The notes: generated by a model not told the origin, from the sequence alone. A stretch of DNA of 64,000 bases from Felis catus (GCF_018350175.1 NC_058368.1:102550001-102614000), one strand, 5' to 3'; positions 50,649 through 63,926 are shown, counted from the stretch's first letter. A program made the numbers and translations.

Positions 50649-50953
50649 GGGGCGCCTGGGTGGCTCAGTCGGTTAAGCGGCCGACTCCAGCCCGGGTCAT
50701 GATCTCACAGTTCATGGGTTCAAGCACCGCATTGGGCTCATTTTTTTTTTTTTTTAACTGGAAGATGTATGTAATGGGAGAGAGGACAAGAGAGTTGGAG
50801 TGGGAAGAAACAAATGGAAATAGGACAGCGGGGCCCTGTGCTGATGGCTCATATCCTAGAACCCACTTTAGATTCTGTGCCTCCTTCTCTCTCTGCCCCT
50901 CCCGTGATGGAATGCATGCTCAGTCTCTCTAAAATAAGTAAACATTTTTTTTT
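50649..50953 (+). mobile_element. CAN-SINE interrupted by a 91-nt foreign insert
   Basis: SINE consensus breaks at gggctc (50739) and resumes at gggccctgtgctga (50831). Confidence 0.88.
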
Positions 50954-51219
50954 ACAATGTTATTCACCTTCTAGATATACCTGAAAAATTTCTTCCAGAA
51001 CTTGATATGAGAAGTTCAAGATCTGATAAAATCCTGATGGATAGCTCACATGATCTATCTCTAAACTTTAATTCTATGAATAAGAAACAGAAAAGGCATC
51101 CGGAACTCACTGTTGGTATATCTAGGTTGCACATAGATGACTGTATTCCAAGAGAATCTCACGTCACTTTCGCTTCTGATTCATTCATTAAATTTCACAA
51201 TATGTGCCGTTGTGGGTCC

Positions 51220-51410
51220 TTTAAAAAAATATTTTTATTAGTTTTCTTTATTTTTGAGAGGCAGAGAGAGACAGAATTTGAAGCAGGCTCCAGTCTCCAC
51301 GCTCTGAGCTGCTAGCACAGAGCCCGATCCAGGGCCCGAGCTCAGGAACCGTGAGATCATGACCTGAGCAGAAGTCAGACGCTCAGCCGACTGAGCCACC
51401 CAGGCGCCCC
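51220..51410 (-). mobile_element. CAN-SINE
   Basis: Reverse head ends ggcgcccc at 51410. Confidence 0.9.
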
Positions 51411-51685
51411 ATTTGTGGATCGTTATTTCATGACTCTTGCTCAGCAAACCTGAAGCTCTTTTAACTGGCAGATTTTTATTTGTCTCACTTTCTGACACTA
51501 TTTTCTTTCTTCCTTCCTTCCTTCCTTTCCCTCTCTCTCTCCCTCCCTTCTTTTCTTCTTTCCTTCCTTTTTCTTTCGATTAGTCTTGCTTGCAAAGTGT
51601 TTATTAAGTTCATTGATCTTTTGAAAGAATCAGCTTTTGACTTTGTTCATTTTCTTTGTTGCTTATTTATTGAATGGTTCCTTCT

Positions 51686-51900
51686 TGGGCTGCCTGGGTG
51701 TCCCAGTTGGTTAAGCATCCGACTTTGACCCAGGTCATGGTCTCATGGTTCATGGGTTAAGCCCTGAGTCAGGCTCTGTGCTGACAGCTCGGAGCCTGGA
51801 GGCTGCTTTGGATTCTGTGTCTCCTCTCTCTCTGCCCCTCCCCTGCTTGTGCTCTCTCTCTCTCTCTCTCTCTCTCCCTCTAAATAAACATGAAAAAATT
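51686..51900 (+). mobile_element. CAN-SINE (two short minus-strand SINEs follow at ~51965-52038 and ~52075-52200)
   Basis: Diverged head, (CT)n; flanks share gttccttct. Confidence 0.85.
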
Positions 51901-52313
51901 TAATTGTTCCTTCTCTGTTCTTTATTCTTTTTTTTTCTTACTTTGGGTTTAATTTGTTCTTTTGTTTTAAGTAATCTCTACACTGAACACGGGACTTAAA
52001 TTCACAACCCTGAGTTCAAGAGCTCCATGCTCTACCGACCGAGCCAGCCAGGAGCCCCTCTCCTGTTTTTAAAGTTTTATTCACTTAAGTACTCTCTACA
52101 CCCAAGATGTAGAGATGTTTGATGTGAGACTGACCCCAAGACCAAGACCAAACTCGTGACCCCAAGACCAGGAGTCGCGCGCTCTTCTGACCGAGCCAGC
52201 CATCCATTATTTCTGTTCTACCCATTCGAAAGGCTTATTGAATAAACGTTAAAACTTCTGGGTATATCTTCTGTGTGTCGTAACTACTTTCTCATAACTC
52301 CCATGATCTTGTC

Positions 52314-52920
52314 TGTATTAGTTAGCTAGGGCTGCCTTAAGAAAATACCACAGGGGCGCCTGGGTGGCGCAGTCGGTTAAGCGTCCGACTTCAGCCGGGT
52401 CACGATCTCGCGGTCTGTGGGTTCGAGCCCCGCGTCGGGCTCTGGGCTGATGGCTCGGAGCCTAGAGCCTGTTTCCGATTCTGTGTCTCCCTCTCTCTCT
52501 GCCCCTCCCCCGTTCATGCTCTGTCTCTCTCTGTCCCCAAAATAAATAAACGTTGAAAAAAAAAAATTAAGAAAATACCACAGACTGGGCTGCTTAAACA
52601 GAAATTTATTTTCTCACAGTTCTGGAGGTTGGAAGTCCAAGAACAAGGCCTCTCTCCTTGGCCTGCAGATGTCTGCCTTCTTGCTGTGTCCCCGGATGGC
52701 TTTTCGGCTGTGGGAACGCATTCCTGGTATGTCTGTTTGTGTGTCCAAATTTCCTCTTGGTACGAAGACATGTCCAGTTTTCATTAGTGGCCACTTAAAT
52801 GACCCAATTTAACCTTAAGTACCTCTTTAAAGGCCCTATCGGCAAAGAGGGTTATGTTCTGAGGTGCTGGGGGTGAGACTTAAACATGAATTGGGGGGGA
52901 ACACAGATCAGCCCATCACA
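52314..52920 (-). mobile_element. MaLR solo LTR (MLT1-like), interrupted by a young SINE
   Basis: tgtattagtt..agggctgcc..aaaataccacagactggg..cttaaacagaaatttattttctcacagttctggagg..ggaagtccaag..cagcccatcaca is the characteristic MLT1 reverse-strand pattern. Confidence 0.8.
52353..52568 (+). mobile_element. Young felid CAN-SINE inside MLT1 LTR
   Basis: TSD aagaaaataccaca. Confidence 0.95.
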
Positions 52921-52960
52921 TTGTCATTTTGCTCTGCCTTGTGATAGGAACTCTGGGCTC

Positions 52961-53150
52961 GGGGCGCCTGGGTAGCTCAGTTCGTTAAGTGTCTGACTCT
53001 TGGTTTTGGCTCAGCTCATGATCTCACAGTTCGTGGGTTCGAGCCCCGCTGTCAGTGCAGAGCCCTCTTGGGATTCTCTCTCTCCTTCTTTCTCTGTCCT
53101 TCCCCAACTTGCTCTCTCTCTCTCAAAAAATAAACATATTTTTTTTTTTT
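52961..53150 (+). mobile_element. CAN-SINE
   Basis: Head/CT/A-tail; flanks share ctgggctc. Confidence 0.88.
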
Positions 53151-53234
53151 TTAAAGAGGAAACCCTGGGCTCAATTTGCCTGCTTATTCATTGGATCATA
53201 GAATATCCATTCTATTTCTCCCATTAAGGATTTT

Positions 53235-53481
53235 ATTTTTTTTATTTTTATTTTTTTGTTTTTTAATTTTTTTTTTCAACGTTTTTATTTATTTTTGGGA
53301 CAGAGAGAGACAGAGCATGAACAGGGGAGGGGCAGAGAGAGAGGGAGACACAGAATCGGAAACAGGCTCCAGTCTCCGAGCCATCAGCCCAGAGCCCGAA
53401 GCGGGGCTCGAACTCCCGGACCGCGAGATCGTGACCTGGCTGAAGTCGGACGCTTAACCGACTGCGCCACCCAGGCGCCCC
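53235..53481 (-). mobile_element. Young felid CAN-SINE
   Basis: TSD tctcccattaaggatttt. Confidence 0.95.
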
Positions 53482-54424
53482 TCTCCCATTAAGGATTTTA
53501 ATCTCAATAAACGTCATCTTTTTTCCAACAATGCTAAAGTTTCTTTTTCGTATCTTCCTACCCTTTCATGTCGACAATATTTTCTTGAACTTCTCACAAT
53601 AGCGTTTTGTTGTAGTTTAAATAAATGATTCTGTTATTTGAGACTCTTCCCTCAGGACTTAGTTCTGCGGCCTGAAGTTTGAGCCTCTTTTTCAGAGTGT
53701 TTTTCTTCATATGTCTGGTGACATCTCACCATCTGAAAAAGAAGAGTGTACCCCTGGCTTATCTTCCGGGTTGGGAGCTCCTCTTGGCGTTTGTTAAGTT
53801 CCCTGGGGGACTGCCTTCAGCATGCACCTGTAAGATCTCCCACTTCAGGGACCCTTGTTCAAGGTTTTATCCTAAAAGGAGGGGTGGTTGAGTGCACCAT
53901 GTGTCACCCTCCGCCCCAACACACACACACCCCTCAGCAGACCTTGTGTTACACAAGGCTCCTCTCCAACCTGAACTTCGTGCTGGAGGCCTTCACTATC
54001 TGTTTCTTGCTCTGTTGCAAAGCATTTCGGGTAACCATCTGGAAGTGGAAAGCCTTTGCGTTCCACTGTTCAGTTCATGTGGTGAGGGAGCAAGGAACTG
54101 GACCCTAGTCACGCAGCTCTTTCACATGTGGATCTTGGGGTGTCCCGAGGATCACACTGGGACCCCTGTGGACCCTCACGCGTGTTAGGTCGTTGTTGGG
54201 ATCGCCGCTAGGCCCACAAAGATCCAACGTGTTTAGTGGCTTTCTTCTACCCCTATTTTTCTTTCCTGGTTTCTATTTTCCAGACGTTTCTTGAAGTCTG
54301 TGGTCCTTTCATGGTAACCCAGGTTGTTTTGCAGCATTCTTAAAGGTGTAATAGTGTATTATTCTCCATTTCAATGGAGCTTTGGGTGTAAGGGGAGTTA
54401 AACAGCTATGCTTCGTCCGCCATC

Positions 54425-55310
54425 TTTTTTTTTTCAATCTTAGTTTAAATGTTTATTGACTTATTGAGAGAGAGAGAGAGAGAGACAGAGAGCGCACGCA
54501 AAAGGAAGAGAGGGGCAGAAAGAGAGGAGGACAGAGAGAGAATCCCAAGCACCCTCCACACCGAGCACAGAGCCTGATGGGAAGTTCAGGGTCACAACTG
54601 TGAGAACAGGACCTGAGCTGAAATCAAGTGTCGGACGCTTCACTGACTGAGCCACCCAGATGCCCCTGTTTAGGCCACTATTTTAATATAGCCCCTCTTA
54701 AGTTTCAAATAGAAGAAATAAAAATAATTAGGTTCATCTTAAAAATTTTTTAAAGGATAAAATACATAGGTATGTAAAGCAAACAAGCATATGCTTCCTA
54801 TAAACGTCCTCCTGACCACACTCCCTTCTCCAGTAGAAACTTCTCCCAAGACTTTATGTTTATTCATTTTTTTTCAACGTTTTTTTATTTATTTTTGGGA
54901 CAGAGGGAGACAGAGCATGAACGGGGGAGGGGCAGAGAGAGAGGGAGACACAGAATCGGAAACAGGCTCCAGGCTCCCAGCCATCAGCCCAGAGCCTGAC
55001 ACGGGGCTCGAACTCACGGACCGCGAGATCGTGACCTGGCTAAAGTCGGACGCTTAACCGACTGCGCCACCCAGGCGCCCCTCTCCCAACACTTTAATAT
55101 GCACCTCTCCATACCTTTTCTCCATGCATTTACAAACAGATACATGCTATGCAGGTTTTTTTTTTCTTTTCTTGCTAAAACTGGAATTGCACCATTACAA
55201 TCTTCCTGCAATTACTTTTTCACATTAAAAAAAATGTTTTTTTTTAATTTTTCTAAGTTTATTTTGTGAGAGAGAGGGAGAGAGTGCACCATCCGGAGCA
55301 AGGCAGGGGA

Positions 55311-55344
<34 letters not shown>

Positions 55345-55640
55345 GGGGGGGGAAGAAGGAGGGGCAGAGGGAGGGGAGCGAGCAAATCCCAAGCAGGCTC
55401 CGTGTTGTCAGCCCAGAGCCCAACGTGGGGCTCAAACTCATGAATCCACAAACCGTGAGATCATGATGTGAGCCAAAATCAAGGGTCAGACGCTTAAGCG
55501 ACTGAGCCACCCTGGGACCCCCACACGCTTTTTTATAAAGTTTTATTTATTTAAGTAATCTCTACACTCAACCTGGGACCCGAACTCATGACCCTGCAAT
55601 CAAGGGTCGCATGCTGTTCTAAATGAGGCAGCCAGGCACC
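54425..55640 (-). mobile_element. Minus-strand CAN-SINE cluster (54425-54666, 54860-55081 young, 55236-55522 with expanded poly-G, short copy ~55530-55640)
   Basis: Four reverse-orientation SINE bodies. Confidence 0.88.
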
Positions 55641-55673
55641 AAAATTACTTTTTCACTGAAGAATAAACAAGAG

Positions 55674-56135
55674 GGGGGCGCCTGGGTGGCTCAGGCGGTC
55701 GAGCGTCTGACTTGGACTCAGGTCACGATCTCACAGCTCGTCAGTTCGAGCCCCGCGTTGGGCTCTGTGCTGACAGCTCAGAGCCGGGAGCCTGCTTCTG
55801 CTTCTGTGTCTCCCTCTCTCTCTGCCCCTACCCCACTCACATTCTGTCTCTGTCTCTCTCAAAAATAAATAAACATTAAAAAAATAATAAAAAAAATAAA
55901 AAAAACGAATAAATAAGAGGGCTCCTGGGTGGCTCAGTCAACCGAGCAGCCAACTTTGGCTCAGGTCGTGATCTCATGGTTCAGGAGTTCAAGCCCCACA
56001 TCGGGCTCTCTGCTGTCAGCGCAGAGCCTGCTCCAGATCCTGTCTCCCTCCTTCTCTGCCCCTCCCTCACTTTCACATGTGCACACCCCCATTCTCCCTT
56101 GGCCTCTCAAAAATAAACATCAAAACAAACAAACA
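55674..56135 (+). mobile_element. Two tandem CAN-SINEs (55674, 55918)
   Basis: Two heads; flanks share gaataaa(c/t)aagagg. Confidence 0.9.
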
Positions 56136-56244
56136 AACATTTCCCCAGGTCAGTACGTATAAACGACACCATTCTTTTATGGCTGCAAAGTATCTTTAGC
56201 ATGGAAATACTGTCGTTTCTTATGTCAACTCTCCAATTGATGGA

Positions 56245-56623
56245 TGCCATGGACTGAATATTTATGTCCCTTCAAAACTTCTGGGTTGAAATCCCAATGG
56301 CTAATACGATGGTATTTCGAGATGGGACCTCTGGAAGGTGCTTAGGTCATGATGGTGGAGCCCTCACGGATGGGATTAACGTCCTTATGAGACACAGCCC
56401 GGAGAGCTAACTTGCTGCTTCCACGGTATGCGGACATGCGGAGAAGGCAGCGGCCAATGGGAAGCACTTCACTCACTGAGGAAGTGGGCTCTCAACAGAC
56501 AGGGAATCTGGTGGCACCTTGATCTTGGACTTCTAACCTCCGGAACGGTGGGAAAGGATTTTCTCTTGTTTCTAAGCCACTCAGTCTATGAAATTTTGTC
56601 AGTGCTGCCTGCCCAGACTAACC
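56245..56623 (+). mobile_element. MaLR solo LTR (MLT1A-like)
   Basis: tgccatggactgaatatttatgtccc..ttaggtcatgatggtggagccctcacggatgggatta..ggcaccttgatcttggacttc..tttctaagccactcagtctatg..gcccagactaa. Confidence 0.8.
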
Positions 56624-57601
56624 CCGGAGAGTTTGTTTCCAAAAAGCTTAGGGTTTGCTTTTACCCCCTCAACGGGTTATCAAGGTATGGTATGAATCGA
56701 GAGGATCATATAAACGTTTTATGTCACTATAGAAAATACCCTTAAACCACTCTTCAGTATGGAAAATGGACACTATTCCAGGAAAAGTCATTTCATTGTC
56801 TCTCTTATGCTTGGGATTAAATTTATTAGACAGAAAATACTAAGTTACAGCGGCAACGGCTGAGCATGAAAGCAAACATCTCCTCAAATATTTGCTTTAC
56901 GTGGGTCATTTGAAGTCCTATCAACTCTGCACACATTGCCTTAAACTGCTGAAAATCCAAAAATAGTTGTGCCGCCGCTCTCCTTACTGTTCCTCCTCCT
57001 CCCGTATCACTTTACTTTCGCGAGACGTTGTGTCCTAAAATTTATTTAGGGGCTCGCTGGGTGCCAGCCATTCCACTGAGCCTTTAGTCAGAGGATTTCA
57101 CTGAACCCAGACACCCAGGAAAGTATTAACCCCGTTTTTAAACGCGACAGGTTCGGTTCAAATCCCAGTTTTATTCTCTGTTGGCTTTGCGCAAATAATA
57201 CAGCCTCTGTGAGCCTTGGTTTCCTTGTAAAGAAGATAAGACACATACACCAGCATTAAATAATTAACAAACATTTATCAGGGTCTTACTGTGAGCCAGG
57301 AATTCTCTCTGGCACCATGCCGCAAGGGAGTCTGGAGGATTAAATGAAATCATGCAGGTAACATATGAGGCACACAACGGGCAGGCACATGGTAGTCATT
57401 ATCATTGTAGTTAGAAAGACACCAAGTGTGAATTTGAATCCAAGTCCATATTAGGCCAAAGGCGCCCCCGCCTCTTTTGAAATGACTCCATGCTCTCTTC
57501 CTGAAACCAACAACGTGGGTCTATACCTACAATTGACCACTCCTTCCACTGGTTTCCACAATCCAAGTCCTGTAATTCTTCCAAAGCTAAAAAGCAAACT
57601 G

Positions 57602-57727
57602 GAGGGCTCCTGGCTGGTTCAGGTGGTGGAGCGTGCGACTCTCGATCTCAGGGTCATGAGTTGGAGGCCCACGTTAGGTATGGAGATTACTTCAAAATAA
57701 AATCTTAAAAAAAAAAAAAAAAAAAAA
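57602..57727 (+). mobile_element. Short tRNA-derived carnivore SINE
   Basis: Short head lacking the CT region, poly-A tail. Confidence 0.75.
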
Positions 57728-57878
57728 GGAAACCCAAACCTACCATGATTTCGGGTCACGGAGGTATGCTTAATTTTAACCCATTTTTTATTTCTCCAAC
57801 TTGGCTATTTGTTTGCACCGTGTTCTGCACGATCTAGTTTTCCGAAGGTTGGCCTCCATTTTTTTCTCCAGTGCCTTC

Positions 57879-58415
57879 TTTTTTTTTTTTTTTTTTTAAT
57901 TTTTTTTTTTCAACGTTTATTTATTTTTGGGACAGAGAGAGACAGAGCATGAACGGGGGAGGGGCAGAGAGAGAGGGAGACACAGAATCGGAAGCAGGTT
58001 CCAGGCTCTGAGCCATCAGCCCAGAGCCCGACGCCGGGCTTGAACTCACGGACCGCGAGATCGTGACCTGGCTGAAGTCGGACGCTTAACCGACTGCGCC
58101 ACCCAGGCGCCCCGTCCAGTGCCTTCTTAAACGTACCTCCTCTTTCCAGACTTCACGTGGACCGTGCTTTCTACTGCTTTTGTGTTGCCTTTTTTTTAAA
58201 TTTTTTTTTTTAATGTTTTATTTATTTTTGAGACAGAGAGAGACAGAGCATGAACAGGGGAGGGGCAGAGAGAGACGGAGACACAGAATCGGAAGCAGGC
58301 TCCAGGCTCCGAGCCGTCAGCACAGAGCCCGACGCGGGGCTCGAACTCACAGACCGCGAGATCATGACCTGAGCCGAAGCCGGACGCTTGACCGACGGAG
58401 CCACCCAGGCGCCCC
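57879..58415 (-). mobile_element. Two CAN-SINEs (57879-58113 young, 58190-58415)
   Basis: First has TSD tccagtgccttctt. Confidence 0.93.
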
Positions 58416-59532
58416 TCATGGTGCTTTTTACAGGCTTACGCTGTGACTACACATGAGGCAGACCCAGCAATACGCAAATGCAATATGATTTTATGAGGTC
58501 TGCAAGTCAAAAGAAAAGGAAGGAAGGGCAAGTGTGATCCCTCACCGGTGTGAAAGAGGGAGCCGAGTGCGACAAGGTGGCGAGGGGCCACGTTTAAACG
58601 TATTGAGGCTTTTTGAAGTTGAAAGAGATTCAACCAGTGCCTGTAATGTTACAGTAATAAAATTGGGAATATAAGTCAGCGTGGGTAAACATCTGACCTA
58701 ACTTCACTCTGTTGTAAACAGAAACACCGCCCCCCCCCCATTCAAATGGTAAGCGTTTTTCACTGCTTCCCATAGACAGTAATGCTATTCCTTCTTCACT
58801 AGACCCCTAGAGTTTACTTGTTACCTTTAGTTGATTATTTGATGATTTCTAGACCAGGATTCATACTAGAAGAGGCAATAAGGTCATAAAGCCAAGTATA
58901 GCCAGAATTTTTATCCCAAACAACAACTTTCCTATTTTCAGGCCACAGTTCCTTGACTAATTCTACCCCTAAAAAGCAATGTGGTCGGTGGGTAGAAGAG
59001 GTCTCTTACAGCAGAAGACGACTTGGTGATTGGCTCTTAGTGGAATGAGTAGGCTGGCTGAGAATGGGGGCAGGCACCATAGAAAGAACCCTGGATTCAG
59101 AGTTAGAATCCTGAATTCTTGTCCTAGATGTCACTAATCAACTGTGGTGCCTAGGGCGAGCCACTTAAGTTTTCTGCCGTGCCCTAGTTTTTCTTGTTAT
59201 AAATTGGGACAAGAAGGCTTGCTCCACTTACCTCATTAGTTTGTTGCGAGGGTCACAGGAGTTAATGTGCATGAACGTACTTTTAAAAGATAAAGCCATC
59301 TGTGAAGGTAATGCATTTTCATTTCCTGTGTGGACTGGTCAAACGATCAAATACATGTGTGATTGAATAACACTCCATCTTGACTACTGTGGGTCATATA
59401 CACAGGTATAATAAATATGCTAATAGTATATACTGAAATTCTATTTCCAGGATTAAGCTGATTTTCAATATGAACTGACAGAAAGTTTTAGCCATGTGAA
59501 CTTAAGAGCATGTTAGAAACGGATATCCTAGT

Positions 59533-59990
59533 GGGATACCTAGGTAGCTTGGTCAGCTGAGTGTCCGACTCTTGGTTTTGGTTCAGGTCTTAGTCCTGAG
59601 ATCATGGTCCCAAGGTCATGAGATGGAGCCCCACGTTGGGCTCCATGCTGAGTGTGGAGCTTGCTTGAGTTTCTCTCTCTCTTTCTGTCTCCCCCTTCTG
59701 TCCCCTCCCCTGCTTGTGCTATCTTGCTCTCTAAAATTAAGAAAAACTAGGGGCGACTGGGTGGCTCAGTCCCTTAAGCGTCTCACTTCGGCTCAGGTCA
59801 CGATCTCATGGTTCATGAGTTCGAGCCCCACGTCGGGCTCTGTGCTGACAGCTCCGAGTCTGGAGCCTGCTTCCGATTCTGCCCCTCTCTCTCTGCCCCT
59901 CCCCCGCTTGTGTTCTGTCTCTCTCTTGCAAGAATAAATAAAAAAATAAAAAGTAAAAATAAGTAAATAAATAAACAGATAAATATTAAA
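59533..59990 (+). mobile_element. Two tandem CAN-SINEs (59533 old, 59750)
   Basis: Two heads with CT regions. Confidence 0.85.
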
Positions 59991-60354
59991 AAGAAAGATA
60001 CATTAGAGACTGATGGCGAGGCAAGAGGAGATATTGAGATAAAGATATAATAGTGAATATGAAATCTAGATCAGTTTAACATTTGATTAATAATGAAGGT
60101 GAGTGTTTGGCTCTAGTGGGAATTATTTGAAAATTTAACCTAAACGTATACGAAAGGAAAGGAACGGCCGCATAACTAGAATCAAATGTTTCCACTTGGC
60201 AAAGACCTTAGAGAATATTCTAATCCAACTCCCTTCATTTCGTAGCTGAAAACACAGAAACTCAACTTCCTTGGGTTTTATCCAAGACTGCACATCTGAG
60301 GTAGTGGCAAGATCATTCTAATATTCTGGCTACTCAGAGCTATCTTTGAAACCA

Positions 60355-60568
60355 TTTTTTTTTTTCAACGTTTATTTATTTTTGGGACAGAGAGAGACAG
60401 AGCATGAACGGGGGAGGGGCAGAGAGAGAGGGAGACACAGAATCGGAAACAGGCTCCAGGCTCCGAGCCATCAGCCCAGAGCCCGACGCGGGGCTCGAAC
60501 TCACGGACCGCGAGATCGTGACCTGGCTGAAGTCGGACGCTTAACCAACTGTGCCACCCAGGCGCCCC
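60355..60568 (-). mobile_element. Young felid CAN-SINE
   Basis: TSD tgaa(a/g)ccatttttt. Confidence 0.95.
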
Positions 60569-60974
60569 TGAAGCCATTTTTTAAGTGCAAAGGGAGAGAC
60601 TGGCTCCAGGGGGTGGCTAGAGTAAGGATCTGGGATTCCACAAATACGTAAAATGGCTATGGGTGATGTGACTGGTCTAGGAGACTATGCGAAGTCCTTG
60701 GAACAGCCATGAGCAAAGGCAGCTTTGTTGAATGATTCTTTCCAATATAGAAGCAAAAGTGGGTCAAACAAATTCTAAAGGAAGAACAGGCTGGCTGAAG
60801 AGAGACCTTCAGCTGGAGACAATGGAGACCCAAGGAAGAGCTTCCAGAAGTTACAAGTGGCTAACCCAAAGGCACTTGGGAAGAACAGCAAGAGAATGAT
60901 AATACTACTCCCACTACTGTGCTACTATGACTTATAGCTAACTTTTATGCTTTTTAAAAACATAATTCTGTGGG

Positions 60975-61304
60975 GGTTTTTTAGGGTTTTTTTTTTTTGG
61001 CGGGTTGGGGAGAGAGGGAGAGAGAACCCCAAGCAGGCTCCCCACTGTCAGTGCAGACCTCTATGAGAGGCTCAAACTTACAAGCTGTGACGTCATGACC
61101 TGAGCTGAAACCAAGAGTCGAACGTTCAACTGACTGAGCCACCCGGGCGCCCCCTCTTAATTCTGTGTCTAAAATCTCACACAGATGGGTGCCTGGGTGG
61201 CTCAGTCGGTTAAGCATCCGACTTCAACTCAGGTCATGATCTCACGTTACGTGCATTTGAGCCCCACGTCGGGGTCCTCACTGAGAGCGTGCAGCCTGCT
61301 TGGG

Positions 61305-61349
<45 letters not shown>

Positions 61350-61400
61350 CAGCCTCTCTCTCTCTCTCTCAAAATAAATAAATAAACATTAGAAATAAAT
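60975..61400. mobile_element. Head-to-head CAN-SINE pair (60975-61154 minus, 61187-61400 plus)
   Basis: Heads about 32 bp apart; plus copy has TSD aaaatctcacaca. Confidence 0.88.
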
Positions 61401-61714
61401 AAAATCTCACACATATATACAAACTTGAAAAAGCAACTATTATCTCATTTGGGGGGAGGAGGAAATGGAGGCAGAGTGGGAGAACTGGGACTTGCATAAG
61501 TTCAACATCCACATGCTGAACCACATTGGGCCATGACTTCCAAAAAAGGGAAGGACAGTAAGAGACTATGTGTTGGGTTTAGCAATACCAGTCCTTGACT
61601 CCTAAGTTACTTGGTAGGGGTGCATTGTATGACTTCCACACGCTATCAATGAATCTGTATACAATAAACTACCCAGAACCTACGTTAACACTTTGTTTCA
61701 AAATTGTAACTTCA

Positions 61715-61930
61715 GGGGCGCCTGGGTGGCTCAGTCGGTTAGGCGTCCGACTTCAGCTCAGGTCACGATCTCGCGGTCCATGAATTCGAGCCCCGCATCG
61801 GGCTCTGGGCTGATGGCTCAGAGCCTGGAGCTTGCTTCCAATTCTGTGTCTCCCTCTCTCTCTGCCCCTCCCCCGTTCATGCTGTGTCTCTCTCTGTCTC
61901 AAAAATAAATAAAAACGTTAAAAAAATTTT
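61715..61930 (+). mobile_element. CAN-SINE
   Basis: TSD tttcaaaattgtaacttca. Confidence 0.93.
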
Positions 61931-62248
61931 TTTTCAAAATTGTAACTTCACATATTAGCATCCTGCACCGAATCAGTGTAATTCCTATGTATATGATTTT
62001 CCATTTTAGTGTAGACATGATGAAGTGGTTACAAAGTGGCCATGGACACTGGCTTGCAATTAATCCTAGCGGATTGATGTTTACACCCAATAACAATCAG
62101 CATAATCAGGTCATTTCTATACGAGTTAGATATTTATAGAATTATAGGGTCAGAAATTTATCAATTGTTGATGTATCATTTTAGGAGAAGCTATTTGTGG
62201 ACATTCACCAGAGGACCACCATTCATTCATTCCTTCTTTCAACAAATC

Positions 62249-62455
62249 TTTTTTTGTTTTTAATGTTTATTTATTTTTGAGAGACTGAGCATGAGCGAGA
62301 GAGGGGCAGAGAGAGCGAGACACAGAATCTGAAGCAGGTTCCAGGCTCCGAGCTGTCAGCACAGAGCCCGACGAGGGGCTCCAACTCACTGACCGCGAGA
62401 TCATGACCTGAGCCGAAGTCGGATGCTTAATTGACTGAGCCCCCCAAATGCCCCT
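62249..62455 (-). mobile_element. CAN-SINE (short minus copy also at ~62630-62740, TSD ttcagatagtaagaaat)
   Basis: TSD tttcaacaaatctt. Confidence 0.92.
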
Positions 62456-62768
62456 TTCAACAAATCTTGACTGAGCATCTATTGTGTGTCAAGCTCTGTT
62501 GTAAGCACCAGCTATATCCGTTATATATAGCAATGTCCCTGCTGTCATGGAATTTATATTCTAGTGAAGCTGAGAAACAATAAGAAAGTAAACAGGTAAA
62601 TATATATGATAATTTCAGATAGTAAGAAATTTTTTTTTAGTATATTTTATTTTTAAGTCATCTCCATACCCACTGTGGGGCTCGAACCTACGATCCCCAG
62701 ATCAAGAGGTGCCTGTTCTGACTGAGCCAGCCAGGTGCTCTTCAGATAGTAAGAAATGTTATGAAGAA

Positions 62769-62975
62769 GGGGCACCTGGGTGGCTCAGTCAGTTAAGCGT
62801 CCGACTTCGGGTCAGGTCATGATCTCACGATTCGTGGGTTCTAGCCCTGCGTCGGGCTCTGTGCTGACAGCTCAGAGCCTGGAGCCTGCTTCGGATTCTG
62901 TGTCTCCCTCTCTCTCTGCTCCTCCCCCATTCATGCTCTGACGCTCTCTCAAAAATAAACATTAAAAAAAAAATA
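62769..62975 (+). mobile_element. CAN-SINE
   Basis: Head/CT/A-tail. Confidence 0.9.
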
Positions 62976-63711
62976 AAGAACCGTTACGAAGAAAATAGAA
63001 GAAAATGGCGTGAGGGAACATGATGTGGGCAGGAGGAATTTTAACTCCCTAACTGCCCCCACTCCATTAAAAACCAACAACGATCTCCTTTCCTGTACAT
63101 GATTCATTCCTCTGAATTCCTCTGAAATAGGCACCAAAAATATGCTTGCTTTAAAGGGAATACTAACATTTGAAATAGAAGCAGCCCCCAGAAAAATCGT
63201 ATCTTGGTTCTGTGGGGCCAAGGGATGCACAAGAAAGGGCTCCCGAGGCATTGTCCACTCCATCATTGGCCATGTGTGGCTGCCTCGTCGGGAGGCAAAA
63301 CAACATTGGAATTCCAATCAGCTATTCAACAAAGAGTAACAATAACTGCTATGGTCTGATTAGTTCCAAATGAAGGCACAGCGCATCAGTTTCCTTTGTT
63401 CCATCACACCCATCGGACGCAGAGATAAAATTCGGCTAAGCTGATAACACAGACTGGCATTCTGAAGTCACCAGGAAGCTCTCCGTATTGTCCGGGTCAT
63501 TTTCATAACGCGGTCCTTTCCTTTTCGTAAGCAAAGAGGCTCCACTAGGGAAGAACGCCTGTGACCTTGTGCACCTATGTTCCTTACAATCAGGGAGCTC
63601 CCTGTATCAGGTTTACCACAGTCTTACTGGTCGCTGTTCTTCTTAGGACAACAGTACCAGCAAGATCAGTCACCTTTGAAAGATTTCACGTATTTACGTG
63701 AAAACAAAAAA

Positions 63712-63926
63712 ATTTTTTTAACACTTATTTGTTTTTGAGAGACAGAGAGGGACAGAGCAGGAGCAAGGGAGGGGCAGAGAGAGAGGGGGAGACAGAGAAT
63801 CCGAAACGGGCTCCGGGCTCTGAGCGGTCAGCACAGAAACCGACGTGGGGCTCGAACCCACAAACCACAAGACCACGACCTGAGCTCAAGTCGAAAGCTA
63901 AACCCACTGGGCCACCCAGGTGCCCC
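63712..63926 (-). mobile_element. CAN-SINE
   Basis: Reverse head ends gtgcccc; flanks share gaaagatttca. Confidence 0.88.
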
